Origin: Burkholderiaceae bacterium
Lineage (GTDB): Bacteria; Pseudomonadota; Gammaproteobacteria; Burkholderiales; Burkholderiaceae_F
Assembly: GCA_035536515.1 (NCBI GenBank)
Contig: DATLOA010000194.1
Span: forward strand, 1-37,686
Direction: 5' to 3'
Length of the DNA stretch: 37,686 nt
Positions 26,142-35,921 of this stretch are shown in pieces. The notes under the pieces are model-generated. The model was not told the origin of the DNA and searched no databases. It saw only the letters and a list, made by a program, of their open reading frames with translations. Both the position numbers and the translations under genes were made by a program. Each line of letters starts with the position of its first letter. The first letter of the stretch is position 1.

Positions 26142-26978
26142 ATGCAGCCATCGATTCCCAATGTGTTGACCGTCGCCGGCGTCGATCCGTCGGGAGGCGC
26201 AGGCATCGTCGCCGACGTCAAGGCGATTAGTGCGCAGCGCGCGTATGCCTGCGCAGTAGTGGCGGCGCTGACTGCGCAGAACACGCGCGGGGTCACTGGC
26301 GTGCTCGCGATCGATCCAACCTTCGTCCGGCAACAGCTCGACACGCTGTACGACGACGTTCGCATCGATGCGCTCAAGATCGGCATGATTGGTCAGAGCG
26401 CCGTGATCGAGGCGGTCGCGGACCGGCTGGCGGCGCACGACACGCCGCATCGAGTGCTCGACCCGGTGATGATTGCGAAGAGCGGCGACGCGCTGCTCGA
26501 AAAATCGGCGATCGGTGCGCTGCGCGAAACGCTGATGCCGCTGGCAACGGTGATCATGCCAAACCTGCCTGAAGCCGGCGTGCTGCTCGAAGCCCGGCCG
26601 GTCGAGACTGTCAAAGAGATGTATCGAGTGGCCGAGCGGTTGCGCGATTTGATGCCGCACAGTGGCGCGCGATGGGTCTATCTAAAGGGCGGGCATCTGC
26701 CCGGCGACGACGCGTTCGATCTGCTGACCGACGGCGACCGCATGATTGAATTGAACGCGCCGCGCATCGCAACGAAGAACACGCACGGCACCGGATGCAC
26801 ACTGTCGGCGGCGCTGGCGGCGCTGTTGCCGAAAACCGGCGACGTGCCCGAGGCGGCACGCCTGGCGAAGGCATATTTGACGTCGTCGCTGCGGTACTCT
26901 GATCAGCTGGCCGTCGGCTCCGGGTACGGGCCGGTGCATCACTTCCACGCGTTGTGGCAGCACCCCAAATTCGCGTGA
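26142..26978 (+). CDS. thiD: bifunctional hydroxymethylpyrimidine kinase / phosphomethylpyrimidine kinase
   Basis: LTVAGVDPSGGAGIVADVKA and KNTHGTGCTLSAALAA. Confidence 0.93.
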   Translation: MQPSIPNVLTVAGVDPSGGAGIVADVKAISAQRAYACAVVAALTAQNTRGVTGVLAIDPTFVRQQLDTLYDDVRIDALKIGMIGQSAVIEAVADRLAAHDTPHRVLDPVMIAKSGDALLEKSAIGALRETLMPLATVIMPNLPEAGVLLEARPVETVKEMYRVAERLRDLMPHSGARWVYLKGGHLPGDDAFDLLTDGDRMIELNAPRIATKNTHGTGCTLSAALAALLPKTGDVPEAARLAKAYLTSSLRYSDQLAVGSGYGPVHHFHALWQHPKFA

Positions 26979-26994
26979 CATAATGCGCGCCCTC

Positions 26995-27071
26995 GGCGGA
27001 TTAGCTCAGCCGGTTAGAGCAGCGGAATCATAATCCGTGTGTCCGGGGTTCGAGTCCCTGATCCGCCACCA
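26995..27071 (+). tRNA. tRNA with CAT anticodon: elongator tRNA-Met, or tRNA-Ile2 if C34 is lysidinylated
   Basis: The cloverleaf folds by hand. Acceptor stem GGCGGAT/ATCCGCC, D arm GCTC...GAGC, anticodon stem GCGGA/TCCGT with loop ATCATAA (anticodon CAT), T arm CGGGG-TTCGAGT-CCCTG, and an encoded CCA. The G1-C72 pair and the lack of three G-C pairs in the anticodon stem argue against an initiator tRNA. Confidence 0.88.
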
Positions 27072-27081
27072 AGACACTCAT

Positions 27082-27372
27082 ATGCGTAAGTTTGCAAAGC
27101 TTGCTTTCCTACTGATAGGCCTTTCGCTGGCGGCGTGCCAATCGACGAATCGGCTGCCCGACGGCTCGATGATCGGCGTGATGACGACGCAGCAGCTGCA
27201 AGATGTGCAGATCGACGGCAAGCAGCGACGCCTGGCACCCGGGGCGCGCATCGTCGGCGCCAATAATTCGTCGGTCACGCCGAATCAGGTGCCGGCCAAC
27301 AGCAAGGTCCGTTATCGGGTCGACGCGTCGGGGTTGATCACTCACGTCTGGATTCTTCCGCAAGATAAGTAA
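27082..27372 (+). CDS. small lipoprotein of unknown function
   Basis: MRKFAKLAFLLIGLSLAACQ has a lipobox (LAAC). I moved the start from 27037, which lies inside the tRNA, to the ATG at 27082. Length is 96 aa. Confidence 0.7.
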   Translation: MRKFAKLAFLLIGLSLAACQSTNRLPDGSMIGVMTTQQLQDVQIDGKQRRLAPGARIVGANNSSVTPNQVPANSKVRYRVDASGLITHVWILPQDK

Positions 27373-27414
27373 TTTTCCTTTACTCGCCGCCGGCCTCATT
27401 TCCTGAGACAAACC

Positions 27415-28800
27415 GTGACCGCGAACAAAAAGCTCTACATCCGGACTTTCGGCTGTCAGATGAACGAGTACGATTCGGGCAAGATGGCCGACGTGCTGCA
27501 GGCATCTGACGGCCTGATAGCGACCGACGACCCGGCCGTCGCCGACGTCATTCTGTTCAACACCTGCTCGGTCCGCGAAAAGGCGCAGGAAAAAGTCTTT
27601 TCAGACCTCGGCCGCGTCAAGCATCTGAAGCAGAGCAAGCCCGATCTGCTGATCGGCGTAGGAGGCTGCGTCGCCAGCCAGGAGGGCGCCGCGATCGTCG
27701 AGCGTGCGCCCTACGTGGACCTGGTGTTCGGCCCGCAGACGCTGCACCGGTTACCGGAGCTGATTCGCAAGCGCCGCGCGAGCGGACGCGCGCAGGTCGA
27801 CATTTCCTTTCCCGAAATCGAAAAGTTCGATCATCTGCCACCGCCGCGCGTTGAGGGGGCAAGCGCGTTCGTGTCGATCATGGAAGGGTGCAGCAAGTAC
27901 TGCAGCTTTTGTGTCGTGCCGTACACGCGCGGCGAAGAGGTGTCGCGACCTCTTGACGACGTGCTGATCGAAGTGGCCGATCTGGCAGCGCAAGGCGTCA
28001 AGGACGTGACGCTTCTCGGGCAGAACGTGAATGCGTACCTGAGTGACGACATCGACTTCGCAGCGCTACTGGAACATGTCAACGAGATTCCCGGCATCGA
28101 GCGCATTCGATACACGACGTCACACCCGAAAGAATTTACGTCGCGGCTGATCGACGTCTACGCGCGGCTGCCAAAGCTTGTCAATCATGTGCATCTCCCG
28201 GTGCAATCGGGGAGCGATCGCGTGCTCGCTGCGATGAAGCGCGGCTATTCGGTGCTTGAATACAAGTCGATCGTGCGCAGACTGCGCAACGTGCGGCCGG
28301 ACATATCAATCTCGTCTGACTTCATTGTGGGATTTCCTGGCGAAGGCGAGCGCGATTTTGAGCAGACAATGCAGTTGATCGCAGACGTCGGCTTCGACGC
28401 GAGCTTCAGTTTCATCTATAGCAAGCGGCCCGGAACACCGGCAGCCGACCTTGCGGACGAAACGCCGTCGGCCACGAAGCTCGCAAGGCTGGCGCAGCTG
28501 CAGGCGGCGATCGATAACCACGCCCAGCAGATCAGTCGAGCGATGGTGGGTTCAATTCAGCGCATCCTGGTCGAAGGTCGATCTAGGAAGCACGCTGCCG
28601 AACTAATGGGTCGCACCGGGAACAACCGTATCGTCAATTTCCCCGGCGGCCCGCGCCCGGACGGCCTGATCGGCGAAATGCTTGACGTGCAAATAACGCA
28701 GGCGTTGGCGCACTCGCTGCGCGGGGAACTTCGGCAGTACGAACCGGCTCTGATGGCGTGCGATGAACTGCCTTTACAGGCGACGAAAAACGTTCCATGA
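27415..28800 (+). CDS. miaB: tRNA (N6-isopentenyl-adenosine37-C2)-methylthiotransferase
   Basis: [15 protein letters not shown], the radical-SAM motif [16 protein letters not shown], and a C-terminal TRAM-like region. GTG start. Confidence 0.95.
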   Translation: MTANKKLYIRTFGCQMNEYDSGKMADVLQASDGLIATDDPAVADVILFNTCSVREKAQEKVFSDLGRVKHLKQSKPDLLIGVGGCVASQEGAAIVERAPYVDLVFGPQTLHRLPELIRKRRASGRAQVDISFPEIEKFDHLPPPRVEGASAFVSIMEGCSKYCSFCVVPYTRGEEVSRPLDDVLIEVADLAAQGVKDVTLLGQNVNAYLSDDIDFAALLEHVNEIPGIERIRYTTSHPKEFTSRLIDVYARLPKLVNHVHLPVQSGSDRVLAAMKRGYSVLEYKSIVRRLRNVRPDISISSDFIVGFPGEGERDFEQTMQLIADVGFDASFSFIYSKRPGTPAADLADETPSATKLARLAQLQAAIDNHAQQISRAMVGSIQRILVEGRSRKHAAELMGRTGNNRIVNFPGGPRPDGLIGEMLDVQITQALAHSLRGELRQYEPALMACDELPLQATKNVP

Positions 28801-28896
28801 GGCGGGTTGCGCGCTACGATCGGCGCCACTTTCGGAGCGCATTGGCCATCGATACGGGCGTGCCGCGCTCGAGTTCCGGACAGGTGGGAGACATGC

Positions 28897-31791
28897 ATGA
28901 CTGAATCACGAGCGTACGGCGTATCGCGTTTGTGCATTGCTTTTGCCGCGGCATCAATGTCAATGTTGTCGGCGTGCGCCACGATGCAGCCGGCAAGCAG
29001 TGCTTCACCTGCGCCAGCACCGCCGCCCGCAGCGTCGGCGATGCCAGCGGCCGCATCTGCCTCGCCGGCGCCCGCACCCGTGCCTCCGGGCGCCCCGGGT
29101 GCGCGGCCCACCACGACGACCCCCGCTGCCTCTGCTGGAGCTTCCGGCGCGACGCCATCGCCACCGGCCGCCGGAGCACCGCGTCCGTTTGCCGAAGTTA
29201 TTAAAGACGCCAAGCAAGTTGCTGGCTTTCTTCCGCTCTGGCAAAAAGACGATCGCACATGGATCGAAATTTCTCCCGAGCTTCTTGACAAGCCGTTTTT
29301 TCTTTCAATCAACATGAGCCGCGGCATTGGCGAGCGCGGTCTATTCGCTGGCTTGATGGGTTCGTGGTATTCCACCGGCGGCGAATATGTCGGCCAGTTC
29401 CGCAAAGCGGGCGGCAACGTGCATCTGCTCGCAAAGAACACGACATTTATTGCGCGCGCCGGGTCGCCTGAAGAGCGCGCGGTCAAGAATGGTTTTTCGG
29501 ACAGCTTGATGGGCTCGGCGCCGATCGCGAGCGCGCCGCATCCAGAGCGCAAGTCTATTTTGATCGACGCAAATGCGTTGTTAATGACCGACATGCCGCG
29601 CGCGTCGTACGTGATTGAGCGCGCTTATCGCAACTCGTTTTCATTCGACGCTCGCAACTCGTTCATTCAGTCGGCAAAGGCCGATGCGGAGCGAACCGTT
29701 TTCGATGTCACCGCGCATTACGCGCAGCCGCGCATACCGGTTCCCGCACCACCGCCGACGACGCCGGGCGCCACGCCATCGCCGTTTTATCCACCGCCAG
29801 TGGTGCTCGAGGATCCGCGCAGCTTGTTCCTGGGATTTTTGTACACGTTCACCAAGCTGCCCGACAATCCGATGCGGCCACGCCTTGCGGACTCGCGCAT
29901 TGGTCACTTCGGCACAGCCAAAGTCAATTTCAGTGACGACTCGAAATTTCTTCCGGTGCGCTGGTATGTGCAGCGCTGGCGTATGGAGAAAAAAGATCCT
30001 AACGCCGATGTTTCGGAGCCGGTCAAGCCCATCACGTTTTTCCTAGGCAACGAGATCCCCGAAAAGTATCGCGAGCCGATCCGGCAGGGCATTCTGGAAT
30101 GGAACAAAGGCTTCGAGCGCATCGGCTTTAAGGACGCCCTTGTCGTGAAGCAGCAGCCCGATGACGCTGACTACGATCTCGGCGAGACGCAGTACTCATC
30201 GGTGCGTTGGATGGCAACGTCGACGCCGTCTTTCGGCGCGATCGGCCCCTCGCAGGTTGACCCGCGCACGGGCGAGATTCTGGACGCCGACATCGGTTGG
30301 GATTCCAATGTCGTACGCAACATTCGCGCGTTGAGAACCGAAGGCGTGGTGACGTATACGCCGATGTACGACGCCGTCTCCGGCGAGCTGAGCGCGCATG
30401 CGCATGGCGCCCCGGGCGACGTGCACGGGCATGTGCACAGCCGCTTTTGCAACCACATCGAACACGCGGCGCGTGAAATGGGCTTTGCGATGTCGCTGCT
30501 CGAAGCGCGCGGCGACCTCGATCCCGAAAGCCCCGAAGCCGACCAGCTGGTATTCGATTTTCTGAAGGATGTGACGATGCACGAGGTCGGTCACACACTC
30601 GGGTTGCGCCATAACTTCCGGGCGTCGACTGCGGTGAGTCTGCAGCAGTTGACCGACAAGACGTATGCAGAGAAAAATGGATTGACGGGCTCGGTGATGG
30701 AGTACACGCCTGTCAACATTGCATTGCGCGGCGAAAAGCAGGGCGCATATTTCACGCCGACACTGGGCGCGTACGACTATTGGGCGATCGAGTACGCGTA
30801 CAAGCCATTTTCCGCGGAGCAGGAAGGTGCGGAATTGGCAAAAATCGCTGCCCGCGCCAGTGACCCGAAGCTCGCGTTCGCGACCGATGAGGATATCGGC
30901 GTTGCAATCGATCCGATGGTCAATCAGAGTGACCTTGGCAACGATCCACTGGCGTTCTTCAAGCGCCGCATGCAGCTGTCGCGTGAACTGTGGCAGCGCC
31001 TCGAGCAGCGGCCGTTGTCGAGCGGCGAAAGCTATTCGGCGCTGCGCCGCCGCTTTTTGACCGGCTTTACGCAGATGGGTTATGCAATGGGCACGGCTGC
31101 CAAGTACGTGGGCGGCTCCGAGATCGTCAACGACTACGCGGGCACAGCCCGCCTTCCGGTCACGCCGATCGACGCCGCCAAGCAGCGCGAAGCGCTGACG
31201 CTAATTGCCGACGGATTGTTGCGCAGTGACAGTTTCAAGGTGTCACCGGAGTTTTTGCGCAAGCTCGTGACCGAGCGGCTCGAGCGCGACTCGCAGTTTT
31301 TGAACAGCAACTATGTGGCATCCGGGTCGCCGTTCGAGCTCAATCTGCCCGAGCGTGTTCTCACCGTGCAGCGCGATGTGCTGAATCGGCTGATGAGCCC
31401 TGTCGTCGCGCGCCGCGTGGTTGAAAACGGAGGGCGCGCAGCCGGCCAGCGCGGTAAGCAAACCGAGCCGTTTACGCTGTCCGAGTTGTATGGAACCGTG
31501 CAGCGCTCGATCTGGGAAGAAGCGCGGATCGGCGCTGACAGCGATGTGATGCGCCGCAATCTGCAGCGCGAGCATCTGCGGCGGCTGACGGCCGGGCTGC
31601 TGGGTTCATCGGGAAGCTATCCGGCAGACGCGCGCGCGCTGCTCCGCCGCGATGCGCGGCAGCTGCGCGACTGGCTCGCAAGTGCGTCGAACAAAGCCGG
31701 TCTCAGCGCCGAGACGCGCGCACATTACGCCGAAGCGTCGGAGACGCTGAGCGAAGCGCTGAAAGCGCCGATGCTGCGGTCGGGCGCTTAG
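28897..31791 (+). CDS. large zinc metalloprotease (metzincin-like HExxHxxGxxH), predicted lipoprotein
   Basis: HEVGHTLGLRH at nt 30580-30612. The N-terminus MTESRAYGVSRLCIAFAAASMSMLSAC has a lipobox. GGGAG lies 6 nt upstream of the ATG at 28897. A ~70-aa Ala/Pro-rich linker follows the lipobox. It resembles the DUF4953/DUF5117-type zinc-dependent metalloproteases as I recall them. Confidence 0.85.
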   Translation: MTESRAYGVSRLCIAFAAASMSMLSACATMQPASSASPAPAPPPAASAMPAAASASPAPAPVPPGAPGARPTTTTPAASAGASGATPSPPAAGAPRPFAEVIKDAKQVAGFLPLWQKDDRTWIEISPELLDKPFFLSINMSRGIGERGLFAGLMGSWYSTGGEYVGQFRKAGGNVHLLAKNTTFIARAGSPEERAVKNGFSDSLMGSAPIASAPHPERKSILIDANALLMTDMPRASYVIERAYRNSFSFDARNSFIQSAKADAERTVFDVTAHYAQPRIPVPAPPPTTPGATPSPFYPPPVVLEDPRSLFLGFLYTFTKLPDNPMRPRLADSRIGHFGTAKVNFSDDSKFLPVRWYVQRWRMEKKDPNADVSEPVKPITFFLGNEIPEKYREPIRQGILEWNKGFERIGFKDALVVKQQPDDADYDLGETQYSSVRWMATSTPSFGAIGPSQVDPRTGEILDADIGWDSNVVRNIRALRTEGVVTYTPMYDAVSGELSAHAHGAPGDVHGHVHSRFCNHIEHAAREMGFAMSLLEARGDLDPESPEADQLVFDFLKDVTMHEVGHTLGLRHNFRASTAVSLQQLTDKTYAEKNGLTGSVMEYTPVNIALRGEKQGAYFTPTLGAYDYWAIEYAYKPFSAEQEGAELAKIAARASDPKLAFATDEDIGVAIDPMVNQSDLGNDPLAFFKRRMQLSRELWQRLEQRPLSSGESYSALRRRFLTGFTQMGYAMGTAAKYVGGSEIVNDYAGTARLPVTPIDAAKQREALTLIADGLLRSDSFKVSPEFLRKLVTERLERDSQFLNSNYVASGSPFELNLPERVLTVQRDVLNRLMSPVVARRVVENGGRAAGQRGKQTEPFTLSELYGTVQRSIWEEARIGADSDVMRRNLQREHLRRLTAGLLGSSGSYPADARALLRRDARQLRDWLASASNKAGLSAETRAHYAEASETLSEALKAPMLRSGA

Positions 31792-31816
31792 TATCCCGCA
31801 ACAGGGCGGGGATCAT

Positions 31817-32911
31817 TTGGCGAAACGCGCGTCTGCGGCAAAGAAAATACTGAGGTTCGCAGCCGACGCGAGCAACGCCGAGCTGGCGAACGTGACCGGT
31901 GCGCTCGACGCCAACTTGCGGCAGATCGAGACGGAGCTCGACGTCTCGATCGCGCGCCGCGGCCACCAGTTTCGCATCGAGGGCGCGGCTGAAAATGCAC
32001 AAGCTGCGATAGCCGTGCTGGAGTTTTTTCTCGAGCGCGCGCGCAAGACGCAGCGCACGATTACGGTAGACGACATTCAGCTCTATTTTGTCGAGCTTCA
32101 TTCGCAAAACAGCCGGCGCGACGCTTCTCACGGTTCGGGCACTCCAGACAATTCCGGCGACGATTCGTCATTGCCGCAACTGCATACGCGGCGCCCCGAT
32201 CTGCGGGGCCGCACTCCGCGGCAGCGCGACTACATCGAAGCAATCCTCGCGCACGACATCACGATCGGCATCGGTCCTGCCGGCACCGGAAAGACTTATC
32301 TCGCGGTCGCGGCGGCGGTCGATGCGCTCGAGCGCGAAGTCGTCAAGCGCATCGTGTTGACACGGCCAGCTGTTGAGGCGGGCGAGCGGCTTGGATTTCT
32401 GCCGGGCGATCTCGCGCAAAAGGTTGATCCGTATCTGCGTCCGCTGTACGACGCGCTTTTCGATCTGCTGGGCTTCGACAAGACGCAGCGGCTGCTAGAG
32501 CGGCAAACGATAGAGATCGCGCCGCTCGCGTACATGCGCGGCCGCACGCTAAATCAGTCGTTCGTCATCCTCGACGAGGCGCAAAACACCACACGCGAGC
32601 AAATGAAGATGTTTTTGACGCGCATCGGCTTCGGCTCGAAGGCGGTCGTTACCGGCGACGTAACTCAAATGGATCTGCCGCGTGGCACCGCCAGCGGGCT
32701 GATAGAAGCGCAGCATGTGTTGGCCGAAGTGCGCGGCATCGCGTTTACGTATTTCACGGCGGCCGATGTAGTGCGGCATCCGCTGGTGGGCCGCATCGTC
32801 GAAGCGTATGAAGCCGCCGAAGAGCGGTCGCAAGCGGCCGAGGCTGCGCGCCCGGCGCGGGTGGCCGGTGCGACACTGGTGCCGGATACCGCTCGCCGCC
32901 GCGCGAACTAG
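31817..32911 (+). CDS. phoH: PhoH-like ATPase (YbeZ)
   Basis: Walker A GPAGTGKTYLAV and Walker B VILDEAQN. The N-terminus is collinear with E. coli YbeZ. TTG start. Confidence 0.92.
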   Translation: MAKRASAAKKILRFAADASNAELANVTGALDANLRQIETELDVSIARRGHQFRIEGAAENAQAAIAVLEFFLERARKTQRTITVDDIQLYFVELHSQNSRRDASHGSGTPDNSGDDSSLPQLHTRRPDLRGRTPRQRDYIEAILAHDITIGIGPAGTGKTYLAVAAAVDALEREVVKRIVLTRPAVEAGERLGFLPGDLAQKVDPYLRPLYDALFDLLGFDKTQRLLERQTIEIAPLAYMRGRTLNQSFVILDEAQNTTREQMKMFLTRIGFGSKAVVTGDVTQMDLPRGTASGLIEAQHVLAEVRGIAFTYFTAADVVRHPLVGRIVEAYEAAEERSQAAEAARPARVAGATLVPDTARRRAN

Positions 32912-32917
32912 CCGCGC

Positions 32918-33346
32918 TTGCCAAAACTGACACTATCGATCCAGGCGCAGAACCAATTCGCCGGTTTGCCTGCACGCTCGACGCTCGCGCGGTGGATCGC
33001 AGCCGCGGTCGAGCGCGACTCGCAACTGACGCTGCGCTTTGTCGGAACAAAGGAAGGCCGGCGTCTAAATCGGGATTACAGGGGCAGGGACTACGCCACC
33101 GATGTGCTGACGTTCGCCTATTCGACACAGCCGGAAGTGCGCGCCGACATTGTCATCTGCGTTCCGGTGGTGAAGCGCGAAGCCGGCGTCTTGCGCAAGT
33201 CGGTGTATGACCATTTAGCGCATCTGGTGGTGCATGCGACGCTGCACGCCCACGGACACCACCATGGCAACGCGACTGCCGCTCGCGCGGTTGCTGCGCG
33301 TGAAGCAAAGGTCCTCCGATCGCTTGGAAAGCGGGCGCCGTACTGA
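32918..33346 (+). CDS. ybeY: rRNA maturation endoribonuclease YbeY
   Basis: The position between phoH and corC fits. The histidine triad region HATLHAHGHHH (nt 33233-33265) corresponds to the HGxLHLxGYDH motif. TTG start, 142 aa. Confidence 0.85.
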   Translation: MPKLTLSIQAQNQFAGLPARSTLARWIAAAVERDSQLTLRFVGTKEGRRLNRDYRGRDYATDVLTFAYSTQPEVRADIVICVPVVKREAGVLRKSVYDHLAHLVVHATLHAHGHHHGNATAARAVAAREAKVLRSLGKRAPY

Positions 33347-33443
33347 GCTGCGGGGCTCGATTATTGTCAAATCGAGCTGGTGTATTCTGAATCTGTCTTA
33401 ACCTACGGGAGAGCGGTCGGCGCGCCGATAGCCTCCCACCTGC

Positions 33444-34343
33444 ATGTCAGAACCTCCAACTAGCCGTCTTCTTCCGTCTCACACACATAAGTCTTTGCTG
33501 GAGCGCCTGAGCGCGTTTATTTTTCGCGAGCCTGAGAATCGCGAGGATTTGCTGCAGGCGCTGCACGAGGCCCACGACCGCGATCTACTCGATGCCGACG
33601 CATTGTCGATGATCGAAGGTGTGCTGCAGGTCTCAGAACTGCGGGCGCGCGATTTGATGATTCCGCGCTCGCAAATGGACGTTGTCGACATCGCAGAGGC
33701 CCCGCGAACCTGGATTCCGTTCGTGATCAGCACCGCGCATTCACGCTTTCCGGTGATCGAAGGCAGCCATGACCAGGTCGTTGGCATCCTGCTGGCTAAG
33801 GATCTGCTGCGCTATTACACCGAAACCGATTTTGATTTGCGCGCCAGCCTGCGGCCGGCGACTTTCATTCCGGAGAGCAAGCCGCTCAATGTGCTGTTGC
33901 GCGACTTTCGCGCGCATCGCAACCACATGGCGATCGTTGTCGACGAATACGGCGGAATCGCCGGGCTGATCACGATCGAAGACGTGCTCGAGCAGATTGT
34001 TGGCGACATCGAAGACGAGCACGACGTGGACGAAAGCGACGGGGCAATCGTGGCCGAGGGCGAAGGGCGCTACCGGGTTAGGGCGCTGACCGAGATCGGG
34101 CTGTTCAATGCGCGATTCGGCACTGCGCTGCCAGAGGCGACGTTCGATACGATCGGCGGGTTGTTGAGTGAGCAGCTGGGCCGTGTGCCAAAGCGCGGCG
34201 ACGTGGCGGAGCTCGACGAGCTGCGATTTGAAGTGATGCGCGCCGATGCTCGGCGTCCGCACCTGTTCATGGTGACCCGGCTCCCGAAAAAAACGGTGGT
34301 TGAAGAGTTCTCCGAGACTGCAGAGCAGAAGCACACGGCATAG
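33444..34343 (+). CDS. corC: HlyC/CorC family transporter-associated protein (CBS pair plus CorC_HlyC domain)
   Basis: The CBS-pair region runs from LMIPRSQMDVVDI to MAIVVDEYGGIAGLITIEDVLEQIVGDIEDE. The C-terminal transporter-associated domain and the ybeX position in the ybeZYX-lnt block also fit. Confidence 0.9.
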   Translation: MSEPPTSRLLPSHTHKSLLERLSAFIFREPENREDLLQALHEAHDRDLLDADALSMIEGVLQVSELRARDLMIPRSQMDVVDIAEAPRTWIPFVISTAHSRFPVIEGSHDQVVGILLAKDLLRYYTETDFDLRASLRPATFIPESKPLNVLLRDFRAHRNHMAIVVDEYGGIAGLITIEDVLEQIVGDIEDEHDVDESDGAIVAEGEGRYRVRALTEIGLFNARFGTALPEATFDTIGGLLSEQLGRVPKRGDVAELDELRFEVMRADARRPHLFMVTRLPKKTVVEEFSETAEQKHTA

Positions 34344-34404
34344 CGGCCGCTCAGTTTGACGACGCAAGCGGCACAATGCTTTGCCTTGACTTGCATGATC
34401 CGAA

Positions 34405-35886
34405 ATGAACTTACGTCATTTGCGGCCGCTCTATGCGTTGCTTGCCGGCGTAATTCACGCCTGCTCGTTCGCCCCGTGGAATTTGCCGTGGCTGCAGGTG
34501 TTGGCACTCGGCGCGCTGTTCGCGCTCGGTGCGCGCGCCACTTCGGCCAGAAGCGCTGCCGTGCTCGGGTTCGCATTCGGCATGGGCTGGTTCGGCGTCG
34601 GCATCTCGTGGGTCTACATCAGCATGCACGTCTACGGGCTGATGCCGGTGGTGCTGGCGGGCGCCGCGACGGCGGCCTTCTGCGCGTATCTCGCGCTGTA
34701 TCCGGCGCTGGCGCTTGGCGGCGCTCACAAATTGTTTCGGAGCGTGCCGGTGCGGCTGGCGATCGGCCTGCCCGCACTATGGATGATCAGCGAATGGCTG
34801 CGCGGGACAGTGTTTACCGGCTTTCCATGGGTTGCAAGCGGCTATGCGCACACCGACGGTCCGCTGGCAGGCTGGGCACCGACGCTCGGTATGTACGGCG
34901 TCACGCTGATGGCAGCGTTGCTCGCCGGCGCCTTAAGTTTGCTGACGCTGCCGCAGCGCCGCTACGGTCGGGTCACAGCGGTATTCGTGATCGTCATCGG
35001 CGCCGGGTGGCTGAGCCGTACCCAGACATGGACGACGCCGGTCGGCGCGCCGATCAGCGTGCGACTTGTGCAGGCGAACGTGCCCCAGAATTTGAAGTTC
35101 GAGACCGACGGCATTGCGCGCGCGTTTACCGCGCACTTGGCGCTGATGCAGGGGCCGCGCGTCGATCTGGTGGCCATGCCGGAGTCGATCTTTCCGGTGC
35201 CGTTGCAGCACGTGCCGCCTTCGTACCTGCAGGCGTTTCGTGACTTTGCGCAACAGCACCAGACGGCGGTGATCTTCGGAATCTTTCTCGAGGAACCGCG
35301 CGCCCACTATTTCAACAGCGCGGTGGGGTACGCGCCGGGCGATGCAACCCTGCGCCGGTACAGCAAACGTCATCTGGTGCCGTTCGGCGAATTCATTCCA
35401 CCCGGCTTTCGCTGGTTCGTTGATCGGATGAAAATGCCGATTGGCGATCAGCAGCGCGGCGCGAGCGCGCAGCCGCTCCCGCTGGCTGGGCAGCGAGTCG
35501 CAGTCAACATCTGCTATGAGGATTTGTTCGGTGCTGAAATAATCGATGCCTGGCACACGGACGGTCCGGCACCCACGCTGATGCTGAACATGTCTAACCT
35601 CGCCTGGTTCAACGATTCGCTGGCGCTGCCGCAGCATCTGCAGATCTCGCGGATGCGGGTGCTCGAAACGCAGCACCCGATGCTGCGCGCTACGAATACC
35701 GGCGCCACCGCCATCATCGATGCACATGGCGAAGTCGTTTCACAGCTTCCGTATCTGACGGCGGGCGCGTTGAACGGACAGGTGCAGGGTGTCGAGGGAA
35801 CTACGCCGTTTATCCGTTTCGGAAACTGGCCTGCGCTTGGGTTGGCGGCACTGCTGCTGCTGGGCGCGCTGACCAGAAGAAAGTAA
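34405..35886 (+). CDS. lnt: apolipoprotein N-acyltransferase
   Basis: N-terminal polytopic region plus a CN-hydrolase domain with VAMPES (Glu) and [10 protein letters not shown] (catalytic Cys). Confidence 0.93.
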   Translation: MNLRHLRPLYALLAGVIHACSFAPWNLPWLQVLALGALFALGARATSARSAAVLGFAFGMGWFGVGISWVYISMHVYGLMPVVLAGAATAAFCAYLALYPALALGGAHKLFRSVPVRLAIGLPALWMISEWLRGTVFTGFPWVASGYAHTDGPLAGWAPTLGMYGVTLMAALLAGALSLLTLPQRRYGRVTAVFVIVIGAGWLSRTQTWTTPVGAPISVRLVQANVPQNLKFETDGIARAFTAHLALMQGPRVDLVAMPESIFPVPLQHVPPSYLQAFRDFAQQHQTAVIFGIFLEEPRAHYFNSAVGYAPGDATLRRYSKRHLVPFGEFIPPGFRWFVDRMKMPIGDQQRGASAQPLPLAGQRVAVNICYEDLFGAEIIDAWHTDGPAPTLMLNMSNLAWFNDSLALPQHLQISRMRVLETQHPMLRATNTGATAIIDAHGEVVSQLPYLTAGALNGQVQGVEGTTPFIRFGNWPALGLAALLLLGALTRRK

Positions 35887-35921
35887 TCGAGCAGTCGGCC
35901 GATCCGTACAATCGTCGCGCC

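Noticed and set aside
26995-27071. The tRNA as an integration site for a genomic island.
   Set aside because: No integrase, direct repeat of the tRNA 3' end, or compositionally odd segment follows. The downstream genes are conserved housekeeping genes (miaB, phoH, ybeY).
27037-27081. ORF-track start of the small lipoprotein lying inside the tRNA gene.
   Set aside because: The GTG at 27037 falls within the tRNA anticodon and T arms. The ATG at 27082 gives a canonical lipoprotein signal peptide.
28557-29594. 345-aa minus-strand ORF antisense to the end of miaB and the start of the metalloprotease.
   Set aside because: This is a shadow ORF through the GC-rich Ala/Pro-linker coding region. The translation is Ala/Gly/Pro/Arg low-complexity, and it overlaps two well-supported plus-strand genes.
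33355-33377. 8-bp hairpin GCTCGATT-ATTGTCA-AATCGAGC immediately after the ybeY stop, a possible intrinsic terminator.
   Set aside because: The stem is short and AT-rich, and it is followed by TGGTGTATTCTG rather than a U-tract. ybeY and corC are normally co-transcribed. At most it is a weak attenuator.
34356-35243. 295-aa plus-strand ORF in an alternative frame of lnt.
   Set aside because: The translation is extremely Arg/Ala-rich. The overlapping frame starting at 34405 gives a full-length Lnt with catalytic motifs.
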